From a virus: DNA of 43,901 bases. The translations under genes and the position numbers were made by a program. The notes below the pieces were generated by a model. It saw nothing but the letters and a program-made list of their open reading frames with translations. It did no database searches and was not told the DNA's origin. The stretch is from IMG/VR virus record IMGVR_UViG_3300045988_025911. One strand, 5' to 3'. Positions 7,328 to 16,486 of this stretch are shown one piece after another (position 1 is the stretch's first letter; each line of letters begins with the position of its first letter).

Positions 7328-7565
7328 AATCGGGCAATGTGACGAACGGTGTCCTTGCAAGCAAGATTGCGCTGGTCGGAGCGCGGAATGCCGCAAAACC
7401 TGTGCAGCATATGCCGAGTATGCGAAGATCAAAACTGCCGAGTACGAAAAGCGCGTCGAGGAAGGCGAGAAACGCCGCCTTGCGAGGGCATGGACACAAG
7501 CGCAATCCAGATTTGCGGCGAAGGCTAGAGGCGATACACGGCGCGGTAAGCGCCACTTGAAGTAG
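7320..7565 (+). CDS. Small Cys-rich, basic hypothetical protein
   Basis: CDERCPCKQDCAGRSAECRKTC followed by a Lys/Arg/Glu-rich helix. Overlaps the upstream stop. Paralogous pattern to 9362-9604. Confidence 0.5.
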   Translation: MVRIGQCDERCPCKQDCAGRSAECRKTCAAYAEYAKIKTAEYEKRVEEGEKRRLARAWTQAQSRFAAKARGDTRRGKRHLK

Positions 7566-7576
7566 GAGGCTAGGAT

Positions 7577-7780
7577 ATGCCGAACATTGACGAGCTTCGG
7601 GCTATGGACAGCCCGACGATCACACCGGCGGTCGCGTCGAGGTTTCTCGGCTGCGCGCCACACTGGCTGCGAATCATGGCACGGGAAAAACCGGAGCTGT
7701 TGGGCTTCCCGGTCTGCTGCACAAGCGAACACAGGGTAAAGATCCCGAGAGAGCCGTTTATCCGGTTCCTCGGAGGATGA
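7577..7780 (+). CDS. Small HTH DNA-binding protein (excisionase/MerR-like fold possible)
   Basis: AGGAGG RBS. ITPAVASRFLGCAPHWLRIMAREKPELLGFP...RVKIPREPFIRFL resembles HTH_17-type proteins. Confidence 0.6.
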   Translation: MPNIDELRAMDSPTITPAVASRFLGCAPHWLRIMAREKPELLGFPVCCTSEHRVKIPREPFIRFLGG

Positions 7781-7794
7781 AAGGAGAGGATAGC

Positions 7795-8061
7795 ATGAGC
7801 GACGTGGAACTTATCACGGGAGTCAATCACCAGAGAGCGCGAGAGCGCGAATGGGAAGCACACAGAGCCGAGAGAGACGGCCTGCGGGAAAAGAGAGAGC
7901 GGGTACGCCGGACGGCGCTCTCCGTCTGCTGGCTGGCAGGGGCGTTTTTGTCCGGCATGGCGCTGGTGCTGCTGGCCTTGGAGCTGGCCGGTGCGGCGCT
8001 GGCCTTCGGCGGAGCGGCGGCGATCAGCGCTGTACTTGGGAGTGTGCTGTATGAGCTGTGA
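7795..8061 (+). CDS. Small membrane-anchored protein
   Basis: AGGAGAGG 5 nt upstream of ATG 7795. Charged N-terminal half, then an Ala/Gly/Leu-rich hydrophobic C-terminus. Confidence 0.55.
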   Translation: MSDVELITGVNHQRAREREWEAHRAERDGLREKRERVRRTALSVCWLAGAFLSGMALVLLALELAGAALAFGGAAAISAVLGSVLYEL

Positions 8062-8123
8062 GGATATTAGCAGGGCGCTTCGAGCGAAGCTGCCGGAAAA
8101 CGAAATTTAAGGAGGAAACAATA

Positions 8124-8407
8124 ATGGAAAACAAGAAGGAACAGTATTGCATCATTCGGTGCGATCGGGCGGGCGTATTCTTCGCAAAGATCGCGGAGCG
8201 CAGAGGTGATGAGGCAGATCTGGTTGATTGCCGAAGGCTGTGGTATTGGGATGGAGCGGCGAGCTTGTCCCAGCTCGCAACGGAGGGGGTGAACGCGCCG
8301 GAAAACTGTAAGTTTACGGTAACGATACCGGCAATGACGGTACTCGGGGTTATTGAGATCATCCCTTGCACCGACGAGGCGGTGCGGAGCATCAATGGAG
8401 TAAGAGT

Positions 8408-8420
<13 letters not shown>
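8124..8420 (+). CDS. Conserved-looking phage hypothetical protein (98 aa)
   Basis: AAGGAGG RBS. Contains CIIRCDRAGVFFAKI...RRLWYWDGAASLSQLA. Confidence 0.65.
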
Positions 8421-9137
<717 letters not shown>

Positions 9138-9148
<11 letters not shown>

Positions 9149-9365
9149 CGGGAAAATTCCGGTGGAGCTGACGCCGGAGCAGATGGAGGACCTGATCGAT
9201 GCGGCCACGCGGGCCGCTGAGCAGGATCAGGAGGACGCAGAGATACTGAACAGTCAGCCGCATATCGATCGTGAGACCGTCGGGATGCTGCTGGAGACGC
9301 GCAAGCGGCTGCTGACGCTGGCGGCGTGGATGCAGCATTTGTGGGAGGAGGCCGAGGACGAATGA
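9138..9365 (+). CDS. Acidic hypothetical protein (75 aa)
   Basis: ATG overlaps the end of the upstream gene. Helical, acidic composition. Weak RBS. Confidence 0.5.
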
Positions 9366-9604
9366 TGCGGTACGCACCGAAAACAAAGCCGATCCCGCCC
9401 CCCTGCGGGAGGGACTGCCCGGGACGTGCGCCGGGATGCAGCGCAATGTGCTGCTCGTGGATGCTGTATCAGTCCATCCGGGAGCACATCTATCAAAAGC
9501 AGCTCGCAGAGAAGCACGCGCAGGAGCTGAATTTCGTGGCGCAGCGGGAGATCGCGCACGCCGGGAGGAAAGTAAGGAAGGGGCATTTGTATGCGGCAAA
9601 ATAG
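9362..9604 (+). CDS. Small Cys-rich, basic hypothetical protein (paralog-like of 7320-7565)
   Basis: ATGA stop/start overlap. CGRDCPGRAPGCSAMCC followed by a basic helix. GGGAGGAGG lies upstream. Confidence 0.5.
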   Translation: MMRYAPKTKPIPPPCGRDCPGRAPGCSAMCCSWMLYQSIREHIYQKQLAEKHAQELNFVAQREIAHAGRKVRKGHLYAAK

Positions 9605-9848
9605 CACCGATTACTCGGGAGAGCGGGCACCGCGCAGGCCGTGCGTGATCGCGCAGGCCGGGTACACAGGGAAAAATTATTACGCCGTCGTGTACCGCAA
9701 TCAGAGCATTACGGTACGCGCGGGAGACGAGCTGGCCGCGATCTTTACGGCGGCCAAATACTGGGGCTATAAGTGGAGCGCGCCGGAGTACCACCAGAAC
9801 GCCAGGGCGTTGAAGCTCCACTATAAGCCGGAGTTCCTGATCGGATAA
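9591..9848 (+). CDS. Hypothetical protein (85 aa)
   Basis: AAGGAAGGGG RBS. Followed by strong hairpins. Confidence 0.6.
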   Translation: MRQNSTDYSGERAPRRPCVIAQAGYTGKNYYAVVYRNQSITVRAGDELAAIFTAAKYWGYKWSAPEYHQNARALKLHYKPEFLIG

Positions 9849-9854
9849 AAAAAT

Positions 9855-9903
9855 GCCCTCGCCCGGTTGCAGCCGGACGAGGGCGGAGAAGCCTGCGCTT
9901 CTC
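9855..9903. terminator. Two consecutive GC-rich hairpins (operon boundary / possible bidirectional terminator)
   Basis: Hairpin 1 at 9855-9884 (GCCCTCG..CGAGGGC, 11 bp with 1 mismatch), preceded by an A7 tract. Hairpin 2 at 9886-9903 (GAGAAGC/GCTTCTC). Confidence 0.45.
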
Positions 9904-9933
9904 TGTGAAAATCAAATACAAGGAGAGTATACC

Positions 9934-10050
9934 ATGAAAAATCCATATTTGCAAGAGGCAACGGAGATCATTCGCGGGCAGATGGTGTACGTGGCGGATC
10001 TCGGCCAGATCATGCTGGAGAAACTGACGGGAAGAGAGGCGGCAAGATGA
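9934..10050 (+). CDS. 38-aa leader-like ORF upstream of methyltransferase 1
   Basis: AAGGAGAG RBS. The stop overlaps the ATG of the next gene (ATGA). Its C-terminal half VADLGQIMLEKLT is repeated as the C-terminus of methyltransferase 1. Confidence 0.4.
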   Translation: MKNPYLQEATEIIRGQMVYVADLGQIMLEKLTGREAAR

Positions 10051-10739
10051 AAGTACTCGAATTGTTTGCGGGGACGCGAAGCATCGGGAAAGCATTTGAG
10101 GCACGAGGGCACGAAGTGTACTCAGTGGAGTGGGACAAAGATTTTGAAAACATCGACCTATACGCTGACATCCTGACGGTAACGGCGAAAGACATCTTGG
10201 ATAAATTCGGACATCCGGATGTGATCTGGGCAAGCCCGGATTGCACGACATTCTCCATCGCTGCAATCTCACACCATCGACGCAAAAATCCGGAAACGGG
10301 GAATTTGGACGCGGTGAGCGAGTACGCAAAGTTCTGCGACAAGGTGGATCAGCATGTCCTGGCACTCATCAAAGAGCTAAACCCGAAATTTTATTTTATA
10401 GAAAATCCCCGTGGCGGGATGCGGAAAATGACGTGGATGCAGGGTCTGCCTCGCTACACTGTTACATATTGCCAGTATGGCGACACCAGAATGAAGCCGA
10501 CAGATATATGGACAAATCATCCAGCTCCCCAATTTAGGCCGATGTGCCACAACGGCGACACGTGCCATATCGCCGCGCCGCGCGGAGCAAAGACCGGTAC
10601 GCAGGGGCTGAAGGGGAGCAAGGAGCGGTCGGTGATTCCGAAAGCGCTATGCGAGCATATCGTGGATATCTGTGTTGCGGATCTTGGCCAGACCATGCTG
10701 TCGAAACTGACGCCGACGGCGAAGGAAACAATATGCTGA
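10047..10739 (+). CDS. DNA (cytosine-5) methyltransferase, compact phage type
   Basis: Motif [10 protein letters not shown], catalytic Pro-Cys-type motif ASPDCTTFS, motif VI-like FIENPRG, C-terminal [11 protein letters not shown]. Confidence 0.8.
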   Translation: MKVLELFAGTRSIGKAFEARGHEVYSVEWDKDFENIDLYADILTVTAKDILDKFGHPDVIWASPDCTTFSIAAISHHRRKNPETGNLDAVSEYAKFCDKVDQHVLALIKELNPKFYFIENPRGGMRKMTWMQGLPRYTVTYCQYGDTRMKPTDIWTNHPAPQFRPMCHNGDTCHIAAPRGAKTGTQGLKGSKERSVIPKALCEHIVDICVADLGQTMLSKLTPTAKETIC

Positions 10740-11468
10740 CGCATCTGAGCCTGTTTTCCGGGATCGGCGGGCTGGATCTGGCTGCCGAGTGGGCAGGATT
10801 TACGACCGTCGGGCAGTGTGAGTTTGCCGACTACCAGACGAAGGTGCTGGAAAAGCACTGGCCGGACGTGCCGCGCTGGCGTGATGTCCGGACACTGACA
10901 AAGGAGAGTTTTTATGAGCGGACAGGCCTACGAACAGTTGACGTTATTTCCGGCGGATTCCCATGCCAGCCCTTCTCCGTGGCTGGAAAGCAAAAGGGCA
11001 AAGGGGATGGTCGATACCTCTGGCCGGAGATGCTCCGAGTTATCACCGAGCTGCGCCCGCGTTGCGTTGTCGGTGAGAACGTTCCTGGAATCATCAAGAT
11101 TGCCGCCGGGCAGGTGGTCAAGGATTTGGAGCGTGCTGGCTATCACGTCGTCGTGTTTAATTTTGAGGCTGCGGCTGTCGGAGCTTGGCACAGGAGATCG
11201 AGAGTGTTTTTCGTTGCGACCGACGCCGAACACGATGGATGCGCTTCCGCCGAAATCGCCGGAAGCGCTGAAGAAGGAAATGACGGTATCGCGCCCAGGG
11301 CGGAAGCAGCCGTGCAACCTGCGGGACTGGGTAGCTGTACAGGCAGGGAAGAGCCTGTGGCCGACGCCGACGAGGATGGACTACGCAAAGGAGCGGATGC
11401 GGAGCACGCAGCAGGCATACCCGATTTTTAAGGCATTAATGGAGGAGCTGAAATATGAAAGACAATGA
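10733..11468 (+). pseudogene. Second C5 DNA methyltransferase, interrupted by a +1 frame change near 11207-11220
   Basis: The frame from ATG 10733 carries motif I FSGIGG, motif [11 protein letters not shown], motif VI GENVPG and motif [16 protein letters not shown], then becomes Ala/Gly/Glu-rich junk up to 11431. The +1 frame continues with RPTPNTMD...LWPTPTRMD, typical of the downstream part of this methylase type, up to 11468. Confidence 0.7.
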
Positions 11469-11832
11469 AATCGTGCAGGCGCTGCGGTGCTGCGCGAAGG
11501 GGCTTGGACACGACGACGCGTGCGAAAACTGCAAGGTCGGAGAAATCCAAAATCGGCGGGAATACATCGAGTTTGCGGCTGCTAACGTGATCGAGCGCCT
11601 GACCGCCGAGAACGCGAAGGCAGAAGCCGAGAGGGACGCGCTGATCGAGCAGATAAAAGAACGGCACGACTGCCTAGACTGCAAACATAACGATTTTTGC
11701 AAATTTGACGGTGCGATTGTCTATGGCTGTATGAACTGCGTGCAGGAAGGGTGCACGTGCGCAGGGTGCATCGACTCTAGCCGCTGGGAATGGCGCGGCT
11801 TGCCGGAAGCGCCGGAGGAAGGAGCAATCTGA
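11455..11832 (+). CDS. Cys-rich hypothetical phage protein
   Basis: GGAGGAG RBS. N-terminal VQALRCCAKG...C..C, a coiled segment, and a C-terminal cluster of Cys residues. Confidence 0.65.
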   Translation: MKDNEIVQALRCCAKGLGHDDACENCKVGEIQNRREYIEFAAANVIERLTAENAKAEAERDALIEQIKERHDCLDCKHNDFCKFDGAIVYGCMNCVQEGCTCAGCIDSSRWEWRGLPEAPEEGAI

Positions 11833-12327
11833 ATGATTTGCGAATGTTGCCCACTCTCTGACAAGGATGATGTCTGCCAGGAATCTGAGGGGGAATACGG
11901 ATATGAAACAAGCGACGGTCGGCTCGGCTGCAAGCATCCTAGAAACTGGGTAGAGAAACGAGACAGTGAACACGCGGAAGCAATCGGAGACATGGGGCTT
12001 GATATGGGTATCGAGATGGACTTTACGGCGGAAGAATACGAAAGGCTGCTTGAAATCTGTAATCACATGGTCGGACTCGACTATAAGCATCCGTATCACC
12101 GGCACGGGAAAGCGTTTTATCGACCATTCCGTAACTACTACGAAGATACGCTTTCCGGGAATCGAATTTTAGACAAACTGCCACGTGATGTTGTTCGAAA
12201 AGAAATAGGAATAGTCAGCACATGGTACACGCTCACGGACAATGGGTTGAAATGGCTTGGACGCCAACTCCACATTACGATTCTGAACAAAAGGAAAGGA
12301 TGTAGACAGAATGGAACGACTGACTGA
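11833..12327 (+). CDS. Hypothetical protein (164 aa)
   Basis: ATG directly after the upstream stop. AGGAG 9 nt upstream. No recognisable domain. Confidence 0.65.
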   Translation: MICECCPLSDKDDVCQESEGEYGYETSDGRLGCKHPRNWVEKRDSEHAEAIGDMGLDMGIEMDFTAEEYERLLEICNHMVGLDYKHPYHRHGKAFYRPFRNYYEDTLSGNRILDKLPRDVVRKEIGIVSTWYTLTDNGLKWLGRQLHITILNKRKGCRQNGTTD

Positions 12328-12832
12328 ATGGAATGACGAACAAACCCGTCATGCCTATTACCCGCGCTGCTTTAAAGACCCGTGCTACGGCAGCGGGTGC
12401 AAAATCAAGGATTGCCCGTTTGAAACAGCGGTGTGTGATCGACTTGCGGCCTACGAGGACACAGGGTTAAGCCCTGAAAAGGTTTCTTGGATGAAAGAAG
12501 TCGTCGAAGCAGCTTTTGACAATGACACATCCAGAATTGAGCGAGCACACAACCTTCATGTGGCTGACAAAGAGGGGCGGTGCGTCGTGTTGCCGTGTAA
12601 GGTGGGAGAACGATGGGCAGATGAGGACGGTCGCGCGGTGCGCATAACCGCAGTAATCGTCAGTATGAAACCATTTGGGGAGAATATCAACATCTACTTT
12701 GATTATGAGGATGCAACGCCGGACGATGCGGGAAGCGACTGTGTGACGAACTGGGACCATTTCAGCCGCCACTATACTTGCATTGAGGTCGAGCGGGCGC
12801 TGACGAAAATGGAGGGCAAGAAGGATGACTGA
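12311..12832 (+). CDS. Hypothetical phage protein (173 aa)
   Basis: AAAGGAAAGGA upstream. Contains a DRLAAYEDTGLSPEKV segment that I recall from Firmicutes phage ORFs of unknown function. Confidence 0.65.
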   Translation: MERLTEWNDEQTRHAYYPRCFKDPCYGSGCKIKDCPFETAVCDRLAAYEDTGLSPEKVSWMKEVVEAAFDNDTSRIERAHNLHVADKEGRCVVLPCKVGERWADEDGRAVRITAVIVSMKPFGENINIYFDYEDATPDDAGSDCVTNWDHFSRHYTCIEVERALTKMEGKKDD

Positions 12833-13052
12833 ATCATACTGTACCGCATTTATGGAGGACTTGCCGCCTGAAAAGCAGGCTGAGGGTCTGGGCGTTCAGG
12901 CCGCCGTAATCCTCGGCGAATGCTTCCGATGTGAGCATTATGCACGATGCTCTACGGATGAGACTTTTGTGTTCCCGGCAAACGCCGCCTGCATGGTGCG
13001 CAGGGATAAGGTTTTGAAGGAATGGGGATTGGAGGGCAAACCTGATGGCTAA
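12825..13052 (+). CDS. Hypothetical protein (75 aa)
   Basis: GGAGGG RBS. Overlaps the upstream stop. Confidence 0.6.
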   Translation: MTESYCTAFMEDLPPEKQAEGLGVQAAVILGECFRCEHYARCSTDETFVFPANAACMVRRDKVLKEWGLEGKPDG

Positions 13053-13278
13053 GTTCATAACCAAAGCGCAGTTGAGCCGACTCTATCAGACTCAGCTCAT
13101 CGATAACGACGAATATCTGAGACTCTTAAAAGAGTTTGCAGGGATAGAATCCCGGCCGACCACGGAGTACAACCACTACGACGAAAATGGTGAGTTTATT
13201 GGTAGCAGCGTGGACACCGATCTTTGTGACCTGCTGGACGAGGCTGGTGTGGAGGTGCGGGACGATGGGGCAACATAA
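13045..13278 (+). CDS. Hypothetical protein (77 aa)
   Basis: GGAGGG RBS. Overlaps the upstream stop. Confidence 0.6.
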   Translation: MAKFITKAQLSRLYQTQLIDNDEYLRLLKEFAGIESRPTTEYNHYDENGEFIGSSVDTDLCDLLDEAGVEVRDDGAT

Positions 13279-13465
13279 GCACAACCCGACCGCTATTGCG
13301 GCGGCAAAAGGCGAGCTGCCGCCGAAGAAGCGAGAGCCGCAGCTGACCAAGAGGCAGGCAGAAGTGCTGCTACGGAAGAAAATCCTCGATCTGATACCTG
13401 GATCGTTTGCTCTTCCGGATGGAATGAAAGAAATACTTGCAAATGGAGGAATACCATATGTCTAG
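13265..13465 (+). CDS. Hypothetical protein (66 aa)
   Basis: GGAGG 8 nt upstream of ATG 13265. The ORF-track N-terminal extension overlaps the upstream gene. Confidence 0.5.
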   Translation: MGQHKHNPTAIAAAKGELPPKKREPQLTKRQAEVLLRKKILDLIPGSFALPDGMKEILANGGIPYV

Positions 13466-13727
13466 ATCTGTAAATGAAGTTCTTTTCGAAGCGGTCAAGA
13501 AAAAACTGCAAACGGCGCGCGAATCATATGCCGTATATCGATCCACAATGGAGGACTTGAACCAGCTGTTAAAGGATATGATCGACTATGCGGTAAAAAA
13601 CAACTGGAACCTCCAAGAACCGTCCGATTATGGCATTGAAGGTTATTTGTATGATGGCAAGCCGGAAATCAATGAGGTCATGAAAAAGATCATAGAGATG
13701 TTCGGGGTACCAGAGGAGGAACTTTGA
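13458..13727 (+). CDS. Hypothetical protein (89 aa)
   Basis: GGAGGA upstream of ATG 13458. Helical composition. Confidence 0.6.
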   Translation: MSRSVNEVLFEAVKKKLQTARESYAVYRSTMEDLNQLLKDMIDYAVKNNWNLQEPSDYGIEGYLYDGKPEINEVMKKIIEMFGVPEEEL

Positions 13728-13728
13728 A

Positions 13729-13995
13729 ATGGCCGGTTACATCAAAGACAAAGATGTCTACGCGCTCTTTGATGAGCGCGGGACTGCTCGACTGCACGTT
13801 GGGGACATCGACAGGCTGGAAAGAATATACTTCCCCGCAGAATTGCGCGTCGGAGATCGCGCGTGGAAGAAGGCCATGAGCATTCTCGACAAAAAATATG
13901 CGGAAGCGAAAAAACTGCCGTTCGTCCGTGACCAGATGGCATGGGCACTGTATCACACATGGAAGGAGTTTGACGATGGAAAACGTTGCGACTGA
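13729..13995 (+). CDS. Hypothetical protein (88 aa)
   Basis: GAGGAGGA RBS. The ATG lies 1 nt after the upstream stop. Confidence 0.65.
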   Translation: MAGYIKDKDVYALFDERGTARLHVGDIDRLERIYFPAELRVGDRAWKKAMSILDKKYAEAKKLPFVRDQMAWALYHTWKEFDDGKRCD

Positions 13996-14131
13996 AGAAT
14001 TTATCAGCAGAACCGAGGCGCTGAAAGACTTTGAATTCTGCAACGCGGGAAATCCGAGCTGGACACCGCAGCGAGTGAAAACGCTTCTGCTGCGCCAGCC
14101 CGCCGCCGACGTTGCGGAGGTGGTGCGGTAA
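13976..14131 (+). CDS. Hypothetical protein (51 aa)
   Basis: AAGGAG 7 nt upstream of ATG 13976. Overlaps the upstream gene end. Confidence 0.5.
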   Translation: MENVATEEFISRTEALKDFEFCNAGNPSWTPQRVKTLLLRQPAADVAEVVR

Positions 14132-14283
14132 TGGGTGATATTACATTCATGGATTGCTGGCACTTCATCGCGCCGCTGATTCCGACAAATACAGACTTCG
14201 CGCGAGAGGTATATGTGATGACATTTAAGGCGCTGAAAGACGCCGAGAAGCACAGAAAAAAACCTACGGGGGATAAAAAATGA
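14131..14283 (+). CDS. Hypothetical protein (50 aa)
   Basis: TAATG overlap with the upstream stop and ATGA overlap with the downstream start. GGAGG 10 nt upstream. Fills an otherwise empty gap in a tightly packed operon. Confidence 0.4.
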   Translation: MGDITFMDCWHFIAPLIPTNTDFAREVYVMTFKALKDAEKHRKKPTGDKK

Positions 14284-14627
14284 GCCTTGAGAAAATAACG
14301 AACAAGCAAGAGTTGAAGCAGAACGGCGGAAGACAATCCTTCCGCCCATTCAAGAGTGAGTGGCTTCCACCGAGGGCTATGTTGCAGCTCTCCAAAGTCC
14401 GGTACGAATCAGCGGTATTACATCACTACACCGAGGATAATTACAAACTGATTCCGGTAAAGGAGCACGTAGGGCGTGCGCTTACGCATCTTTTTGCGTG
14501 GCTCGCTGGTGACGAATCAAACGACCATCTTGCGCACGCACTTTGTCGGATTGCATTTGCCGTGGAAATGGAACAGGAGGCGTCGGAGAATGGGCAGAAA
14601 GACCGAAATCCTGAAAATAAAGGGTGA
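14280..14627 (+). CDS. DUF5664-like protein (family annotated as dATP/dGTP diphosphohydrolase N-domain)
   Basis: The pattern [16 protein letters not shown]...[36 protein letters not shown] matches my recollection of that family. The assignment is by eye only. Confidence 0.5.
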   Translation: MSLEKITNKQELKQNGGRQSFRPFKSEWLPPRAMLQLSKVRYESAVLHHYTEDNYKLIPVKEHVGRALTHLFAWLAGDESNDHLAHALCRIAFAVEMEQEASENGQKDRNPENKG

Positions 14628-15216
14628 CTGGGTAGAAGTCGCTTCCGACTGCCGGTCAACGGTCGGCAAGCCGCCGCTTGACCATGAGCCAAGCGTGGAT
14701 TTCAAAAGAAAAATTCTCATTGCGGAGCACAGCCCGATCCGGGATATCTCCGTAAAATGGACATGGCACGGCATCAAGAGTTGGGTGGCGACGCATTGGA
14801 GCCGTCACAAATTTGAGAAGTACATCAAAAGCCAGCGTTCAGACCGGACGGGGATACCGAGAGACAAACTACCACAGGACGCGCCTGTTGACTTCACAGG
14901 AGAAGCAAATGTGCAGTCGCTCATTGACACCATGCGCAAGCGCTTGTGCCGCCAGTCCTCGCCGGAGACGCGGCAGTATGCCGAGGACTTCAAGGCGGCG
15001 CTGCATGAGATCGAGCCGGAAATTGCGGATGTGCTTTGCCCGAGCTGCATATATCGCGGGGGGTGTCCGGAAATGCATCCGTGCGGAAAGGACAAGAATT
15101 ACTTTGATGTGCTGATGGAGAAAACCGGCGGGATCGTCAGCTCGACGCACATCGACGAACGCTATGAGGCGTACAATAAACTCTTTTACAGGCAAAGGAG
15201 ACGGGAAAATGATTGA
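14590..15216 (+). CDS. thyX: ThyX-like (flavin-dependent thymidylate synthase family) protein
   Basis: AGGAGG RBS before ATG 14590. AEHSPIR and [18 protein letters not shown] resemble the ThyX HxS..E and RHR..S....SQR signature region. Confidence 0.6.
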   Translation: MGRKTEILKIKGDWVEVASDCRSTVGKPPLDHEPSVDFKRKILIAEHSPIRDISVKWTWHGIKSWVATHWSRHKFEKYIKSQRSDRTGIPRDKLPQDAPVDFTGEANVQSLIDTMRKRLCRQSSPETRQYAEDFKAALHEIEPEIADVLCPSCIYRGGCPEMHPCGKDKNYFDVLMEKTGGIVSSTHIDERYEAYNKLFYRQRRREND

Positions 15217-15553
15217 AATTACAATGCATTGCCCGACTTGTGGGAAGTTGATAACGAGAAAGGCAAAAAACACAAGCAAACGTGTATTTTGTACGCCGGA
15301 ATGTTATCACGCATACAGAGACCCGCAGAAGAAAAAGCACGTAAAACTCGGTGCGGCTGCTAAACCAAAAAGGACGGACGGCGTTAAGGTAATTATAACC
15401 AAAGTTCTTCCGATTTACGCTGATTTCAGGCCAATTCCCGGCAAAACCTATATTGCGGAGAAATACGAATGTCACAGAGCGCCGACCGGATACGTTGTCT
15501 CCGTAAACGGGCATAGGGTAAACGTGCGAAAGGACGAATGCAAGGAGGTTTGA
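15209..15553 (+). CDS. Zinc-ribbon protein (114 aa)
   Basis: AAAGGAG RBS. Contains CPTCG...CTPEC. Confidence 0.6.
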   Translation: MIEITMHCPTCGKLITRKAKNTSKRVFCTPECYHAYRDPQKKKHVKLGAAAKPKRTDGVKVIITKVLPIYADFRPIPGKTYIAEKYECHRAPTGYVVSVNGHRVNVRKDECKEV

Positions 15554-15555
15554 CG

Positions 15556-15999
15556 GTGCAGAAAGGAATGGAAGCCATTACATGGACGCAGAAGAAGATA
15601 CTGCCGGTATTTGCGAAGTGCAATATGAGCAGCAGAAAGACCGCAGAAGAGATTTTTTTGAGTCCGGGCGACGTTGATTACCATTTGCGCATGATCGAGA
15701 TAAAAACCGGACTGAATCCGCGCGTTTTCGTTGACCTTGTAAAGCTACTGTTCCTCTGCGGCGAAGGAAATATGTTCGGGCTGGGGGGAATTGCTATGAC
15801 GGACAGGCAGGAAGAATTCTATCTGCTCTACATGAGCGGCGTCAGAACCGGCGAAATAGCCCGCAGATACGGCGTAAACAGGTCTACAGTCACGCGGATA
15901 ATATCACGGGCAGAAAACCATCTGCGACGCGCAGAAAGGCTTAAGCGGCGCGTTGACGCGATGCAGAAAGAGGCTGAAAATGAAAATATTAGCCATTGA
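15556..15999 (+). CDS. Transcriptional regulator with two HTH units (LuxR-like plus sigma-70 region-4-like); candidate late-gene activator
   Basis: GTG start 7 nt after AAGGAGG. SPGDVDYHLRMIEIKTG is LuxR-like. TDRQEEFYLLYMSGVRTGEIARRYGVNRSTVTRIISRA is region-4-like. Confidence 0.65.
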   Translation: MQKGMEAITWTQKKILPVFAKCNMSSRKTAEEIFLSPGDVDYHLRMIEIKTGLNPRVFVDLVKLLFLCGEGNMFGLGGIAMTDRQEEFYLLYMSGVRTGEIARRYGVNRSTVTRIISRAENHLRRAERLKRRVDAMQKEAENENISH

Positions 16000-16486
16000 C
16001 CCCGGCAACGTCAGAAGCGGCTATGTCTTGGCCGAATACGACGAGGCAGAAATCAGGCGTGTGCTTCGTGTCGGGAAGGTAGAGAATGCAGAAATGATGC
16101 AGATCATTTCCGAGATCGCAGAAAGCGCAGAAACAGATTTTGCGATTGAGATGATCGCCGGAATGGGCATGACGGTCGGTGCAGAAGTCTTCGATACATG
16201 CGTATGGATAGGCCGATTTTGGGAGCGTGCGCTAACGCGGGGCGTCCGCCGGATGGGGTATATCTATCGGCGGGAAGAAAAGCTTTGTCTGTGCGGCTCG
16301 CCGAGAGCGAAGGATGGCAACATCCGGCAGGCGCTGGCTGACCGCTACGCGCCCGGACAGCCGAACTTCGGGAAAGGCACAAAGAAACAACCGGGTTTTT
16401 TCTTCGGCTTTTCCGCTGACATGTGGGCGGCTATGGCGGTAGCTACCACATACTACGACAAATTTATAAAGGGGATTCGGATATGA
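15980..16486 (+). CDS. RuvC-like Holliday junction resolvase
   Basis: N-terminal MKILAIDPGNVRSGYV (catalytic Asp in the first strand) and C-terminal SADMWAAMAVA. AAAGAGG RBS. Confidence 0.7.
   Translation: MKILAIDPGNVRSGYVLAEYDEAEIRRVLRVGKVENAEMMQIISEIAESAETDFAIEMIAGMGMTVGAEVFDTCVWIGRFWERALTRGVRRMGYIYRREEKLCLCGSPRAKDGNIRQALADRYAPGQPNFGKGTKKQPGFFFGFSADMWAAMAVATTYYDKFIKGIRI

Noticed and set aside
10914-11215. The +1 frame overlapping methylase motifs IV-VIII is open from an ATG and reads [12 protein letters not shown]...TSGRRCSEL...FLESS, which looks vaguely like a conserved methylase-associated sequence. It could be an overprinted gene.
   Set aside because: The Ser/Arg/Leu-rich composition is what off-frame reading of this GC-rich gene would give. 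The catalytic-motif frame is unquestionably the coding one here. It is kept only as a check item under the frameshift finding.
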